Of a stretch of 64,000 bases of DNA, positions 44,840 to 54,964 are shown piece after piece. Each line of letters begins with the position of its first letter. The first letter of the stretch is position 1. The DNA comes from Christensenellales bacterium. GTDB taxonomy: Bacteria; Bacillota; Clostridia; Christensenellales; UBA1242. Both the position numbers and the translations under genes were made by a program. The notes beneath the pieces are model-generated. The model was given only the letters and a program-made list of their open reading frames with translations. It ran no database searches and was not told the DNA's origin. Location: positions 5,669 through 69,668 of the forward strand of contig JBJFDC010000006.1 of assembly GCA_051889215.1 (NCBI GenBank), written 5' to 3'.

Positions 44840-46561
44840 ATGCTCAAAGACATGAAATTATATGCTTTGGAGAAAATTGTGAAAAAAAGAATTTTTGGAG
44901 TATTGTGTCTGGTTATTTGTGCGTGCCTTTTGATGACGGGGTGCGGACTTTGGACACTCAATCAAGATAGATATTTGTCAAGAACGGTCGCGACTGTTGA
45001 TGACGACATTGTCGTGACAAAAGAAGAACTTTTGACGATGTATAATCAATATGCCTCAACACTTGTCAATGGCTATGGCTACACAAATGAACAAGCGGTT
45101 GAATATTGCATTGACCTTCTCATAAACAAAAAAATCATGCTTAAGAAGGCAAAAGAAATTTATCCAACTCTTTCGGACAAGGAAACAAGCAAATGTTGGA
45201 AAGACACATATGACACCATGAACGAAATTCTGGCAGACTATGAAAGTGCGGTCAAGGTTGATTGGGGAATCAAAGACGACGACACAAAAAATGAAACTGC
45301 AGGAACAAGTGACTCGAGTTCAACTTCCACAGCATATTCTCCATATGAGAAAAAGGCAACTCTTGTTCAAAATGAAGAGGGTGTTTGGGAAATCAAAACA
45401 ATTCCTGAAGAAGATGAACTTGCAGACGTTGAAATCATTGAAGGTGGTGCCGACAAATTTTTGACAAACTACCGCACAATTTCTCGCGAAGATGTTTCAA
45501 AAGAAGCGCTGAAGAGATATATCAAAGCGCTCAAAAAGAATGAAGAGGGCAGAACTTTTGAGGGTGAAAATGCCTATTCAGACGATGCCGTTCTTAATCG
45601 TGCAATAAATCGTGTTTATAAACAAATTGAAGAGAGTTATTATCTTGCAAAACTCAAAAAACACCTCGTGAAAGACACCAGTGTTTCAGTTGACCAAATT
45701 TTGAATGCTTTTAAAGAAAAACTTATTTCTGCCTACACCAAGTATAGTGTTGGCTCGGGTGATTTTGCGACCGATATTTTGAATAGTGCTGAAAACATGT
45801 ATTATGTTCCTGAAAGCGCACAAGGCAAATTCTTCTATGTTTCACATTTCTTGGTCAAGTTTAATTCTGAAGAACAAGCAAAAGTTGACGACCTCAAAGA
45901 ACAAATGAATCAAGGTTATATCAGCCAAAAAGAATATGACATGGCGCTTGAAGCGATTGTTGCAAAAATGGAAGCAACAGTTTATGACGATGAAGGCAAT
46001 GCAACCGAAGACAAGGTTTTGGTAAAAGACATTCTTTCTTCGCTCAATGCTGATATGGCTGGAAAATCGCAAGAAGAAAAAACAGAAATATTCAGACAAT
46101 ATCTATATAAATATAATGAAGACACTGGACTCAACAACAAAGAATATTCTTATGTTGTTGGCGACGAAAAATCAAGCATGGTTGAAAGCTTCACGAACGC
46201 CGCAAGACAGCTTCACCGACCAAATGCGGAAAATCAAGAGATTTTGGGAAATGTCGGCGACATCAGCGGCATTGTTCCAAGTGAATATGGCGTTCACATC
46301 TTGATGTATTGTGGCGAAGTTAAAAACTTGTTTGATATCAATCCGGATAATGCAAATGAATTTGAACTTAAAAATGCGGATATAAAAGTTCTCTATGACA
46401 CATTGCTCAATGTTTGCAACAACAAAACAATTTTTGACAAATTATATGATGAAGTGTTTAGCGATTCATATTCAGTTTTTGAAAGCGCATACCTTCAATC
46501 ATTAAAGCAAGGTTCAACAATAAAAGTTTATAAAAAGGCATATAAAGATTTGCTTGGTTGA
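44840..46561 (+). CDS. PrsA/SurA-like peptidyl-prolyl isomerase lipoprotein
   Basis: Lipobox LLMTGC, a long helical SurA_N-like region and a parvulin-like C-terminus (SEYGVHILMY). The start could instead be ATG 44852. Confidence 0.55.
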   Translation: MLKDMKLYALEKIVKKRIFGVLCLVICACLLMTGCGLWTLNQDRYLSRTVATVDDDIVVTKEELLTMYNQYASTLVNGYGYTNEQAVEYCIDLLINKKIMLKKAKEIYPTLSDKETSKCWKDTYDTMNEILADYESAVKVDWGIKDDDTKNETAGTSDSSSTSTAYSPYEKKATLVQNEEGVWEIKTIPEEDELADVEIIEGGADKFLTNYRTISREDVSKEALKRYIKALKKNEEGRTFEGENAYSDDAVLNRAINRVYKQIEESYYLAKLKKHLVKDTSVSVDQILNAFKEKLISAYTKYSVGSGDFATDILNSAENMYYVPESAQGKFFYVSHFLVKFNSEEQAKVDDLKEQMNQGYISQKEYDMALEAIVAKMEATVYDDEGNATEDKVLVKDILSSLNADMAGKSQEEKTEIFRQYLYKYNEDTGLNNKEYSYVVGDEKSSMVESFTNAARQLHRPNAENQEILGNVGDISGIVPSEYGVHILMYCGEVKNLFDINPDNANEFELKNADIKVLYDTLLNVCNNKTIFDKLYDEVFSDSYSVFESAYLQSLKQGSTIKVYKKAYKDLLG

Positions 46562-47997
46562 TGAAAATAAAGAAAAAAGAAATCATTGTTCGTGATGAAC
46601 AACAAATAGAAGAAAAAAGTGCAGTGGCAGAAAATTGTCATGCACCTTTTTCTCGTGATGAACAAAATGCATCAACTCCGACTCAAACCGAACAAAATGT
46701 CGCTCTCGATCATACAAATTTGTCCGAAGGTGTTCAAATAAACATTGAAGAGGCAATAAGCGAGGCGGAAAAACAGCGCAAGAATGCATCTCCGGTCCAA
46801 AACGAAGAGGAACAAATAAACGAAGCTGAAGAGGCCGTTGCGGGCAGAAAATCAAAGAAGAAGCGTTGGGGCAGTCTGATATTAATGCTCATTAATATTG
46901 TCATTGTCGCAGTGATTATCATAACTCAAATCAAAGGCAACAACATGGTTCCGCTCAGCGAGGTTTTGGAGGGCGGAATAAATTGGTGGTTTTTGCTTGT
47001 GTGTTTTGCAACATTTGGTGTGATGACAATACTTGAGGCGATTAGAATTGAGATATTCGTTCACGACTCAACAAAAAAGAGGCATTTCGCGCTCTCATAT
47101 AAAACCGCACAGATTGGCAGATATTATGACTGCGTGACTCCGCTTTCAACGGGCGGACAACCATTTCAAATTTATTACTTAAAAAAACATGGTTTGACTG
47201 CGGCTCAATCTGTTGCAGTTCCAATGGGAAGATATGTTTTTACTCAACTGACAGCAGTTATCTTCTTCACGTGTGTTTTGTTTTCGACTTTTTCTGGAAG
47301 TCTTGGCGGTGGTGTTGCAACAACAGTTGTGTCGGCTGCGAGTTGGATTGGATATGTCCTTAACTTCAGCGTCATCTTTTTGGTTTTGCTTATTTCAATC
47401 AATAGAAAAATCGGAACAAAACTTGTTGGCGGAGTCATAAAACTTGGGCATAAAATGAAATTGGTCAAGAATTATGACAAGACCTATAACAATGTCATCA
47501 AAGTTGTTGACGATTTTCAATCAAGCATAAAATATTATGTAAAGACTCCAAAAACTTTTATATTGGGGCTGCTGGCAACGGGTGCTAGTTATTTGCTCAA
47601 CTACACAATCCCATTCTTTATTTATTGCACATTCGCCGGATATGAGGTGGGAATGTGGAGCACGATTTTGGTCCGTTGCGTCATGATTGATTTGGCTTCG
47701 TCTTTCATTCCGCTTCCTGGTGGAACGGGAGCGGCTGAACTTTCGTTCACAACATTGTTTGCTTCTTTCTTTGTTGGAGGAAAACTCTTCTGGGCACTAT
47801 TGCTTTGGAGAATTCTGACATACTACGGCTATATTTTCCAAGGCATAATAATAATGATTTATGACTATGCGATTGGAGATAAAAAATATAAATGGCAAAA
47901 GAAGAAAAATGAACTTGAAACCGAAAGTGAAAAATTCAAAGCCGAACAATTAAGTCAGTTTAAAAGCAGGAAACTAAAAAAACAAAAAAATAAATGA
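46558..47997 (+). CDS. UPF0104 / MprF-flippase-like (LPG_synthase_TM) membrane protein
   Basis: YYDCVTPLSTGGQPFQIYYLKKHG is a motif typical of the family. A ~110-aa acidic N-terminal extension precedes it. Confidence 0.6.
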   Translation: MMKIKKKEIIVRDEQQIEEKSAVAENCHAPFSRDEQNASTPTQTEQNVALDHTNLSEGVQINIEEAISEAEKQRKNASPVQNEEEQINEAEEAVAGRKSKKKRWGSLILMLINIVIVAVIIITQIKGNNMVPLSEVLEGGINWWFLLVCFATFGVMTILEAIRIEIFVHDSTKKRHFALSYKTAQIGRYYDCVTPLSTGGQPFQIYYLKKHGLTAAQSVAVPMGRYVFTQLTAVIFFTCVLFSTFSGSLGGGVATTVVSAASWIGYVLNFSVIFLVLLISINRKIGTKLVGGVIKLGHKMKLVKNYDKTYNNVIKVVDDFQSSIKYYVKTPKTFILGLLATGASYLLNYTIPFFIYCTFAGYEVGMWSTILVRCVMIDLASSFIPLPGGTGAAELSFTTLFASFFVGGKLFWALLLWRILTYYGYIFQGIIIMIYDYAIGDKKYKWQKKKNELETESEKFKAEQLSQFKSRKLKKQKNK

Positions 47998-48042
47998 ATA
48001 AAAAAATAATATCGCCTCAAAATAAATTTGAGGTGATTTTTT

Positions 48043-48648
48043 ATGAAAGAAAAAGAAATTCAAACTCCAACTCAAAAGAGAAAAAACAAAATTGCGATTT
48101 GGATTATTGTTGCGCTCAGCGTGCTTTTGCTCTTGTCGTTCATTCTCGGAATATCTGGTGCATATTTTCAAGGGACTGACACTGCAACCGGAGATATCAC
48201 GACTGGTGGACCTGTCAACATTGACATCACTCAAGGTGGCGCAAGCGTGGCAACATTGACCTTTTCTGATGCTGCAATGCCTGGAGATGTTTATGACCAA
48301 GCAATTCAAGTCACAGCACCAGCAGGGACATCAAAAGCCGTTTTAAGGGCGAAATTAACCATTTCCAACGATGCTGGACTATCTGCTCCGGTCATGGCGA
48401 CAACCGCTTCAAGTTGGACATTGAACACTGATGATTATTATTACTATGCTGGGACAATTTCGGCAGGCGACACTGTTGATTTCGTCACACAAGTTGAAGT
48501 TCCAACATCACTGACCAATGAAGACGCCAACAAAACAAACACAATCAGCATTGTTGTTGAAGCAATCCAGCATGCAAATGGAGCGGCAAAAGTGATTTGG
48601 ACAACAGCTCCGGCCGATTGGATAACGACTTATGGCAGTGGAACTTGA
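48043..48648 (+). CDS. TasA/camelysin-family secreted protein with a SipW-type signal peptide
   Basis: KRKNKIAIWIIVALSVLLLLSFILGISGAYFQGTD resembles the SipW-cognate signal/AYF motif. The beta-sandwich-like body carries MPGD. Confidence 0.55.
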   Translation: MKEKEIQTPTQKRKNKIAIWIIVALSVLLLLSFILGISGAYFQGTDTATGDITTGGPVNIDITQGGASVATLTFSDAAMPGDVYDQAIQVTAPAGTSKAVLRAKLTISNDAGLSAPVMATTASSWTLNTDDYYYYAGTISAGDTVDFVTQVEVPTSLTNEDANKTNTISIVVEAIQHANGAAKVIWTTAPADWITTYGSGT

Positions 48649-48661
48649 CATGGTTAAAAAT

Positions 48662-48686
48662 AAAAGAGGGCAAAAGCCCTTTTTTG
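48662..48686 (+). terminator. rho-independent terminator
   Basis: AGGGC aaaa GCCCT followed by a T run. Confidence 0.55.
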
Positions 48687-48766
48687 TTTGACTTAATCCG
48701 CGTTTGGAAATAGAATGAAAATAAGGTAATTTATGCCTGAAAATCTGAGGGGGAGAACAAGCGGGC

Positions 48767-49918
48767 GTGGATGAAGATAAAATAAAAAACGTTAAGTCTG
48801 CTGGCGTTTCACCAGAGGATAAAAACTCTGGCGGTTCTTTTTCGCAATCAGCAAAAAAACGAACTCCGCCACCTCCACCACCACAAGCAGGCGTTCCACC
48901 AAAACCACCGAAGCCACCAAGACCCCCAAAAGCTGCTGGTTCTGCTTTGAGTGAAAAATCTCCAAAACCAGCAAGCCCTTCAAATCCTGACTTGAACACA
49001 CAACCCTCAAAAACCAAAACAAAAAAAGAAGAAGTTGAACAAAAAGATAAGCCAGAAGGTTTGGTTGATTCAAATTCGCCTGAAAAAAATGTCCAGACAA
49101 ACCCAGAAGACAATGCAAAACTAACTTTGGAAGAAGAGGTTGAAATTGCTCAACTTCAATGTGAAGATGATGACAATGCCGCTGCGATTCTAAATCGCGA
49201 TGAGGTCATTGAAAAGAGTTATAAAGCGGGACTCAGCGATCAAGACAAACAAAGGCAAAAGAGAAAATGGAGACGTTTGTTGCTGTTGTTGTTGCTTTTG
49301 CTTCTATTTGCTGGAACTGTTTCGGCAACTTATTTCATTGTTAAAAACAAAACTGAATATGTGCCGGAATTCTATGATAATGTTGCGATTGATGTTGATT
49401 TTAACCTGCAAAGAAGTGAAGATAGAATGCCTGGAGATAATTTGCTTCTCATTCGTCCAATCGAAGTTCTTGTCAAGGCAGACACAGAAGAAATCAATTA
49501 TGATATTGTTGCACTTGGCATCAGGGTGACAGCAAAATTTACTGATTCTGGCGAAGATTGTTCAGATATAATTGATGTTGGAATTTATGATGTCAATCAA
49601 ATTTATCGAACAGACGATTTGGAATATACTGGCGGGAATTATATCCGATGCGGGAAAGATGTGATGTTATACTACAAGAAAGTTCTTGAACCCGGACAAA
49701 ACGAAAAACTGATTAACTCAATAAGAATAAATGCTTCAACGTCAAATGAATATGCAAAAAAAGAAATAACTGTCAAGGTTGAAGTTTTGGCGGTATATCC
49801 AAACCCTGCTCAAATCAGAGCAGACAACTCTGACTTCAAAGATGCACCTCAAGGTTGGGTTGAAGAAGTGTATGGAAAAATGAATGACATATTCAAGGAA
49901 AGAGCAAAAAACAGATAA
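48767..49918 (+). CDS. TasA/camelysin-like protein with a long proline-rich cytoplasmic N-terminal extension
   Basis: GTG start. The N-terminal ~165 aa is rich in Pro, Lys and Glu (PPPPPPQAGVPPKPPKPPRPPK). A poly-Leu TM follows, ending ...FAGTVSATYF. The C-terminal domain carries MPGD and a VKVEVLAVY strand. Confidence 0.5.
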   Translation: MDEDKIKNVKSAGVSPEDKNSGGSFSQSAKKRTPPPPPPQAGVPPKPPKPPRPPKAAGSALSEKSPKPASPSNPDLNTQPSKTKTKKEEVEQKDKPEGLVDSNSPEKNVQTNPEDNAKLTLEEEVEIAQLQCEDDDNAAAILNRDEVIEKSYKAGLSDQDKQRQKRKWRRLLLLLLLLLLFAGTVSATYFIVKNKTEYVPEFYDNVAIDVDFNLQRSEDRMPGDNLLLIRPIEVLVKADTEEINYDIVALGIRVTAKFTDSGEDCSDIIDVGIYDVNQIYRTDDLEYTGGNYIRCGKDVMLYYKKVLEPGQNEKLINSIRINASTSNEYAKKEITVKVEVLAVYPNPAQIRADNSDFKDAPQGWVEEVYGKMNDIFKERAKNR

Positions 49919-51007
49919 TTATTTGCGATAATTCCAATCCAAAACGCTTTTATAGGGGAAAAGGTCGGCAAGATCTTTTCCTTTATTTTTTATTGTGTAT
50001 CCATCGAGAGGGCAGCGATCCATAAACAAAATTTGTTCTTTTTTATCAACTCCCCGAGGAAACATAGACATAAAGCTTTTGACTCCAACGCCGCAAAAAA
50101 GCTTGAAGCCGTCATCAACCAAAAGCCGATGCTTTTCGGAGATGTTTCCATAAGTGTCCAAGATTTCCCATTCCCCATAAGGATACACATAGATGTCCGT
50201 CTTGCCGATGAGTGGCACGACTTCACGATTCCATGACTCAAGTTCTTGCTTGAACTGATTGATTCCGATTTTTTTCATATGATAATGTCCATATGAGTGA
50301 CAAGCAAAACTCCAACCATCTTGCTTGAGCTTTTTGACAACTTTTTTGCATTCGTCAATTTCTTGTGCTCGATTTTTGGTGTTTTTTGATTGAGTGCGAT
50401 ATCCCAATATTCCGTCATAACCTGTCAAACATAAAACGCCTTTTGCGCCATTAAGTGAAAAATCAGGGTGACAATTTACGAAAGAGTTGAGGATTGGAAC
50501 AAATTCATTGTCGTGCGAAATGATGTCTTTTCCATTTTTATTTGTTTGAGTTGCAATTTCTCCGCGACTGTCCAAAACAAGTTTGTCAACCATGCCTTTT
50601 CCCATTTTTTTGTGGTCATAATTCACATCGTCAAAAGAAAAAATCAGAGGTTTTTTGTTTTGTGGAATGAATAATTGTTTTAAACAAATTTGAGAGTCCT
50701 TTAGTTCAAACAACTCATGAGGGTCAATCAAAATATAGTTGTTTTGATACAAGTGGTGCAAAATCGATTTGAATTCGTCTTTTGTTATGCAATCGCGAGC
50801 ATAATCTTTTGCCATTGGGTTTTTGGGAGAGAGAGCAAGAGATGGGTCACTGAGAAGACAATGAGTGAAAACATGTTTGACCTCTCCAGAATATTTCACC
50901 AAATTTTGATTTTGGTCGCCTTCTGCAAAAACTGGTTTTTGAATCAAAAATATTAAAAAAATACAAAAAAATGAACAAAATAATGTAAAAAATCTGATTT
51001 TTTTCAT
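49919..51007 (-). CDS. secreted polysaccharide deacetylase (CE4/NodB-like) family protein
   Basis: Signal peptide, FSFDDV (the TFDD-like motif) and CHSYGH (H-x-x-x-H). Confidence 0.65.
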   Translation of the reverse strand: MKKIRFFTLFCSFFCIFLIFLIQKPVFAEGDQNQNLVKYSGEVKHVFTHCLLSDPSLALSPKNPMAKDYARDCITKDEFKSILHHLYQNNYILIDPHELFELKDSQICLKQLFIPQNKKPLIFSFDDVNYDHKKMGKGMVDKLVLDSRGEIATQTNKNGKDIISHDNEFVPILNSFVNCHPDFSLNGAKGVLCLTGYDGILGYRTQSKNTKNRAQEIDECKKVVKKLKQDGWSFACHSYGHYHMKKIGINQFKQELESWNREVVPLIGKTDIYVYPYGEWEILDTYGNISEKHRLLVDDGFKLFCGVGVKSFMSMFPRGVDKKEQILFMDRCPLDGYTIKNKGKDLADLFPYKSVLDWNYRK

Positions 51008-51130
51008 AATTATATTATTTTATAAATAAAAAAAATTATTATTTTTTTCATATTAATGCAACAATTCTCGACACCTTTCCCCTTTCTTTGTGAGGATATT
51101 TTGATAAAATAATACTCGTTTGGAGAGGGT

Positions 51131-52312
51131 ATGGAACCATTTTATAATAATATAATTTATCAGAAAAATGCAATCAGAGAATTTGGAAACTATCTTTCTC
51201 AAAATTTTTTTAAGAAAAGAGTTCTGTGTGTTTTTTCAAGTCAGGCAAAAAAAGACCACTTGTCGCAGATAGTGAACAAATTAAACAAAGCGGGTTGTGT
51301 TTTTTCGACTTTGACACTTGACAGAACTCCGTTTATATCTCGTCAAATGATTGCGGAAATTTACTCGTCAAAATCAAGAGCATATGATTTGGTTGTTGGC
51401 ATTGGCGGGGGAGCATGCTCTGATGCGACAAAACTTTTGGCAAAAAAATATTTTTGTCAAAGTGTTTTTGTTGCGTCAAGTTTTTCCAATATGTCAATGT
51501 TTAATCCGTTTGTTGTGATTGAGAACGGTGAAAAGGTTGAATTTGACTATGCATTTGCCCATTCAAAGGTCTTTATTGATGAGGGTTGGGTCAAAAATTT
51601 CGACTCGAAAAAATTTGAACAGACTGAAATGTTTTTGTGCTCACTCGCAACAATGGTTGACGACCTATATTTTTATAAGATGATATTTGGACAAAACACT
51701 CCTTTTGATCTGGAAGAATTAAAACAAACAATAATTCAAATGAAAAATGAATTGGCTGAAATAAAAAACGAGGACGAAAAAAATTTGAAGCTTCAAGATT
51801 ATGTCATTGAAATCTCATATATCTTGAGAGATTCTCAAATTGAATATTTGCATTTAATCAAAATGGCGAACTTGCTTTCGCGCCTATTGATAAAAAAACA
51901 CACGCAAAAATCATTTGGCGAACTATGCTATATATCTTCGTTAACCATGCAAAAGTTTTATTATGAATTTTATCAAATTAAACATATTCAACTTTTTGAA
52001 CCATATGTTCCGAGTGATTTGCAAAAACTTTCGAACAAGTTTTCCATGAAAAGAACGAGTTTCAAAAATGTTGAAAATGAGTATTACTATCATAAAAACA
52101 AACTTTTTTTCCAAAAAATTAATGCCGTGAAACAAAATTTGGCAAAAAATTCGCTTGTCACAAAAAACAACATACTCAATTTTGAAAATTTCATGGTTGA
52201 AAGTTATCTTTGCGGTGAAGATTTATACGACCTTTTCAAAGCGCTATCTTTGGCGTATGACAGCGGAATGGTGGTGGGGCTCATCAAAAGGACTGGACTT
52301 TTAAACGCGTAG
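51131..52312 (+). CDS. iron-ADH/glycerol-phosphate-dehydrogenase-like (DHQS-like superfamily) protein, divergent
   Basis: VVGIGGGACSDATKLLAKK resembles the GxGGGSxxDxAK nucleotide-binding motif. RBS GGAGAGGG. Confidence 0.45.
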   Translation: MEPFYNNIIYQKNAIREFGNYLSQNFFKKRVLCVFSSQAKKDHLSQIVNKLNKAGCVFSTLTLDRTPFISRQMIAEIYSSKSRAYDLVVGIGGGACSDATKLLAKKYFCQSVFVASSFSNMSMFNPFVVIENGEKVEFDYAFAHSKVFIDEGWVKNFDSKKFEQTEMFLCSLATMVDDLYFYKMIFGQNTPFDLEELKQTIIQMKNELAEIKNEDEKNLKLQDYVIEISYILRDSQIEYLHLIKMANLLSRLLIKKHTQKSFGELCYISSLTMQKFYYEFYQIKHIQLFEPYVPSDLQKLSNKFSMKRTSFKNVENEYYYHKNKLFFQKINAVKQNLAKNSLVTKNNILNFENFMVESYLCGEDLYDLFKALSLAYDSGMVVGLIKRTGLLNA

Positions 52313-52345
52313 TATAAAATTAATAAAAGTGGCAAACATTCTTGC

Positions 52346-52819
52346 ATGAAGAGAATGTTTGTTTTTTTGTTTGTATTGCTGTGTCTTTGTTTTGTGTTTT
52401 CATATAAAAAACCTTCAAATATGGCGCTTCAAAGTTTGAGGGGGGAATATTGTTTGTATCTTAACTCTCAAAGTGCGGAAAACATTCCTCCGTTTGCAAA
52501 AGTGATAAAAAATGGTGCCGGTCAAATCATTCAATGCGATATTTCGCAAATGAATGAATTAACATTCAAAAAAGATGAGGTTGGTGGAGAAAGTGTGAAG
52601 GTGAGTGCGAAAGATTATACATATGAACAAATTTGCAAAATTTTGGGTTTTCGTTCAAAAAAACACTATGAGTTTTCTGATGGGCTAAAAACATTTTATG
52701 GCGAAGCAAAGTATGGCGATAAATTCGTGTTTGTTGGCAAAGAAAGAATAAATTGCGAGATTGCAATAAACAATGGGTATGTTTATATTGGATTTCCTGT
52801 GATTTTGGGTTCGTATTGA
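52346..52819 (+). CDS. hypothetical exported protein
   Basis: 157 aa with an N-terminal signal-like hydrophobic segment. I recognise no family with confidence. Confidence 0.35.
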   Translation: MKRMFVFLFVLLCLCFVFSYKKPSNMALQSLRGEYCLYLNSQSAENIPPFAKVIKNGAGQIIQCDISQMNELTFKKDEVGGESVKVSAKDYTYEQICKILGFRSKKHYEFSDGLKTFYGEAKYGDKFVFVGKERINCEIAINNGYVYIGFPVILGSY

Positions 52820-52865
52820 TGTATAGATGCAAAAATTATGTCAATAATTCGTTTGGAGGTAAAAA

Positions 52866-53453
52866 ATGGAAAAAAACAGCACAAAGACAAAAAAATTTTT
52901 TAAGAAGTTTGGGTTTTACATTTTGGCGGGGTGTTTGGCGGTTGCAATAATCCTCACATTGACACTCAGTCTATCAAAAGTTGAGTCGAACACAAATGTC
53001 GCCCAGGAGCCAGTTGTCGATGTCGATACAACACCACTTGTGTTCAATCTTCCACTTGAAGGCGCTCAAGTTATGAAAGGTTTTTCGTCAACAGACCTTA
53101 TGTATAACTCAACACTCAAACAATGGGAGTCACACAAAGCAGTTGACCTCGTTAGTGAAACGTCAAACATGGCGGTTGCTTGTCTTGAAGGAACTGTGAG
53201 AAAAGTTGAAAAGACTTACGCGAATGGAACTATGATTGAAATTGAGCATAAAAACGGTTTTGTTTCAACATATTCTTCTCTTGCGGACAGTCTTGTCAAA
53301 CAAGGAGACAATGTGAGCGCGGGACAAAACCTTGGCGAAATATCATCGACAGGTGCAAACGAAATGGCTCAAGGTGACCACTTGCATTTCTCACTTTCAA
53401 AAGATGCACAAATTGTTGATCCTTCTTCCTATCTTGAACTTTCAAACAAATAG
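52866..53453 (+). CDS. membrane-anchored M23/LytM-domain protein, SpoIIQ-like
   Basis: N-terminal TM helix plus a LytM domain with HKAVD (HxxxD) and GDHLHF (HxH) intact. Positioned upstream of spoIIID. Confidence 0.6.
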   Translation: MEKNSTKTKKFFKKFGFYILAGCLAVAIILTLTLSLSKVESNTNVAQEPVVDVDTTPLVFNLPLEGAQVMKGFSSTDLMYNSTLKQWESHKAVDLVSETSNMAVACLEGTVRKVEKTYANGTMIEIEHKNGFVSTYSSLADSLVKQGDNVSAGQNLGEISSTGANEMAQGDHLHFSLSKDAQIVDPSSYLELSNK

Positions 53454-53463
53454 TCGAATTTTG

Positions 53464-53493
53464 TGGACAAATCCAACACGCTTGTGATATAGT
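53464..53493 (+). promoter_or_regulatory. candidate sigma-A promoter of acpP
   Basis: TGGACA, 18 nt, TGaTATAGT (extended -10). Confidence 0.3.
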
Positions 53494-53511
53494 ATTGTGT
53501 TGGAGGTCGAC

Positions 53512-53736
53512 ATGGTCTTAGAGAAAGTAAAAGAAATCATCTCTTCGCAACTTAATATCCCTGTTGAAAAAATCACTGAAGATTCAAGACTTGTTGAAGA
53601 CTTGGGTGCTGATTCACTCGATATGGTTGAACTTTTAATGGCATTTGAAGATGAGTTTTCAACCACAATTTCAGACGAAATCGCGGTTAACATCAAAACT
53701 GTATCAGACATAATAAAGATGATTGAAGGAAAGTAA
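53512..53736 (+). CDS. acpP: acyl carrier protein
   Basis: LGADSLDMVELLMAFEDEF contains the phosphopantetheine-attachment Ser. GGAGG lies 6 nt before the ATG. Confidence 0.92.
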   Translation: MVLEKVKEIISSQLNIPVEKITEDSRLVEDLGADSLDMVELLMAFEDEFSTTISDEIAVNIKTVSDIIKMIEGK

Positions 53737-53743
53737 AAAATAA

Positions 53744-53771
53744 GCAAGCACAAATTTGTGCTTGTTTTTTT
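53744..53771 (+). terminator. rho-independent terminator after acpP
   Basis: Palindrome AAGCACAAA|TTTGTGCTT followed by GTTTTTTT. Confidence 0.7.
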
Positions 53772-53781
53772 ATGGATTTTT

Positions 53782-53810
53782 GCATATCTCGACATTTTTC
53801 GCCATATCTT
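53782..53810 (+). promoter_or_regulatory. candidate sigma-E-type promoter of spoIIID
   Basis: GCATATC, 14 nt, CATATCTT, compared with the remembered sigma-E consensus ZHATAXX-14-CATACAHT. The match is partial. Confidence 0.35.
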
Positions 53811-53824
53811 GCATTGGAGGGAAA

Positions 53825-54079
53825 ATGCGAGAGGATTTGGTTGAAAGATGCAAAATATTGGGGCAATATATATACGAAAACAATGCGACAATAAGGCAGG
53901 CCGCAAAGCAGTTCTCATATTCAAAAAGCACTGTTCATGTTGATGTGTCAAAAAGACTGAAAAGGGTTGACGGGGCGCTTTTTGACAAGGTTAGACTTGT
54001 GCTTGAAAACAACTTTGAGGAAAAACATTTGCGCGGGGGACTGGCCACAAAAATCAAATATAAAAATTCAGAAAAATAA
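53825..54079 (+). CDS. spoIIID: stage III sporulation protein D
   Basis: 84 aa. IRQAAKQFSYSKSTVHVDV...HLRGGLATKIKYK matches the SpoIIID HTH and the basic C-terminal motif. GGAGGG RBS. Confidence 0.9.
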   Translation: MREDLVERCKILGQYIYENNATIRQAAKQFSYSKSTVHVDVSKRLKRVDGALFDKVRLVLENNFEEKHLRGGLATKIKYKNSEK

Positions 54080-54181
54080 ATTAAAATTAAAATAAAAATA
54101 ATTAAAAATTTAATAAAAAAATTAAAAAAATCGCTTATTTTTGAATTTTTTATTAATTTTTTTATGAAAATAAATAAATTA

Positions 54182-54964
54182 TTAATTATTTTGGATTTTG
54201 TCAAAGAGGTTATATCTTTCGGTTTCAATGATTGATGAAATCAATCTTTCTTTTCCAAAAGGTGCCATTTTTGACATGTATTCAACGAGTTTTTTTGCCT
54301 CGCTGCGCTTGCTTGTTTTGTCCATCGGACAAGGATTTTTTTGAATTGGCATGTTTGTTGCTTGTTTGATTATGTATTCTTCTGGGACCAAAATCAGTGG
54401 GCGAATTAGAGTGATGTCGGAGCGAGATAAATAGATTTTTGGGTGAAATGTGTTGAGTCGTCCTTCGAATAGCATTGACATAAAAAGTGTCTCAATGAGA
54501 TCGTCGGCATGATGGGCAAAGGCAACTTTGTTGCAGCCCATTTTTTTTGCTGTGCTATATAGCACTCCTTTTCGCATTTTGGCACAAAGTGAGCATGGAT
54601 TTTTTTCTTTTCTGATATCAAAAACAACCTCAAAAATGTCCGTGGTTATGATTGTGTGTTCAACGCCCAAACTGTTGCAAAATTCAGTGATTTTTGACCA
54701 ATCTTGCTTGCCCGAAGAAAGGTCGATTGTCAGGGCGCAAATCTCAAATTTTGTTTTGATTTTTGCTTGAAGTTTTTTTAGCGCTTGCAAAAGAACAAGA
54801 CTATCCTTTCCTCCAGATAGTCCAACACAGATTTTGTCTCCTTCTTCAATCGGGTTGTAGAGTTTGCACGCTTTTGTCAGCCCTTGCATGATTTCTTTCA
54901 TGCCCAAAGAATAGCAAAATACGATCAATTTTGCAAATAAATTTTTGATATTTGCAATCAGCAA
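54182..54964 (-). CDS. PP-loop ATPase, TtcA-like tRNA thiolation enzyme
   Basis: VGLSGGKDSLVLL (PP-loop) and CSLCAKMRKG. The true start is probably MKEIMQG, near 54901. Confidence 0.7.
   Translation of the reverse strand: MLIANIKNLFAKLIVFCYSLGMKEIMQGLTKACKLYNPIEEGDKICVGLSGGKDSLVLLQALKKLQAKIKTKFEICALTIDLSSGKQDWSKITEFCNSLGVEHTIITTDIFEVVFDIRKEKNPCSLCAKMRKGVLYSTAKKMGCNKVAFAHHADDLIETLFMSMLFEGRLNTFHPKIYLSRSDITLIRPLILVPEEYIIKQATNMPIQKNPCPMDKTSKRSEAKKLVEYMSKMAPFGKERLISSIIETERYNLFDKIQNN

Noticed and set aside
48508-49113. 201-aa minus-strand ORF with Gly-rich repeats (GGLGGFGGFGG...GGGGGG)
   Set aside because: It is the antisense reading of the proline-rich (CCN-rich) coding region of the plus-strand gene 48767-49918 and overlaps the 3' end of the gene at 48043-48648.
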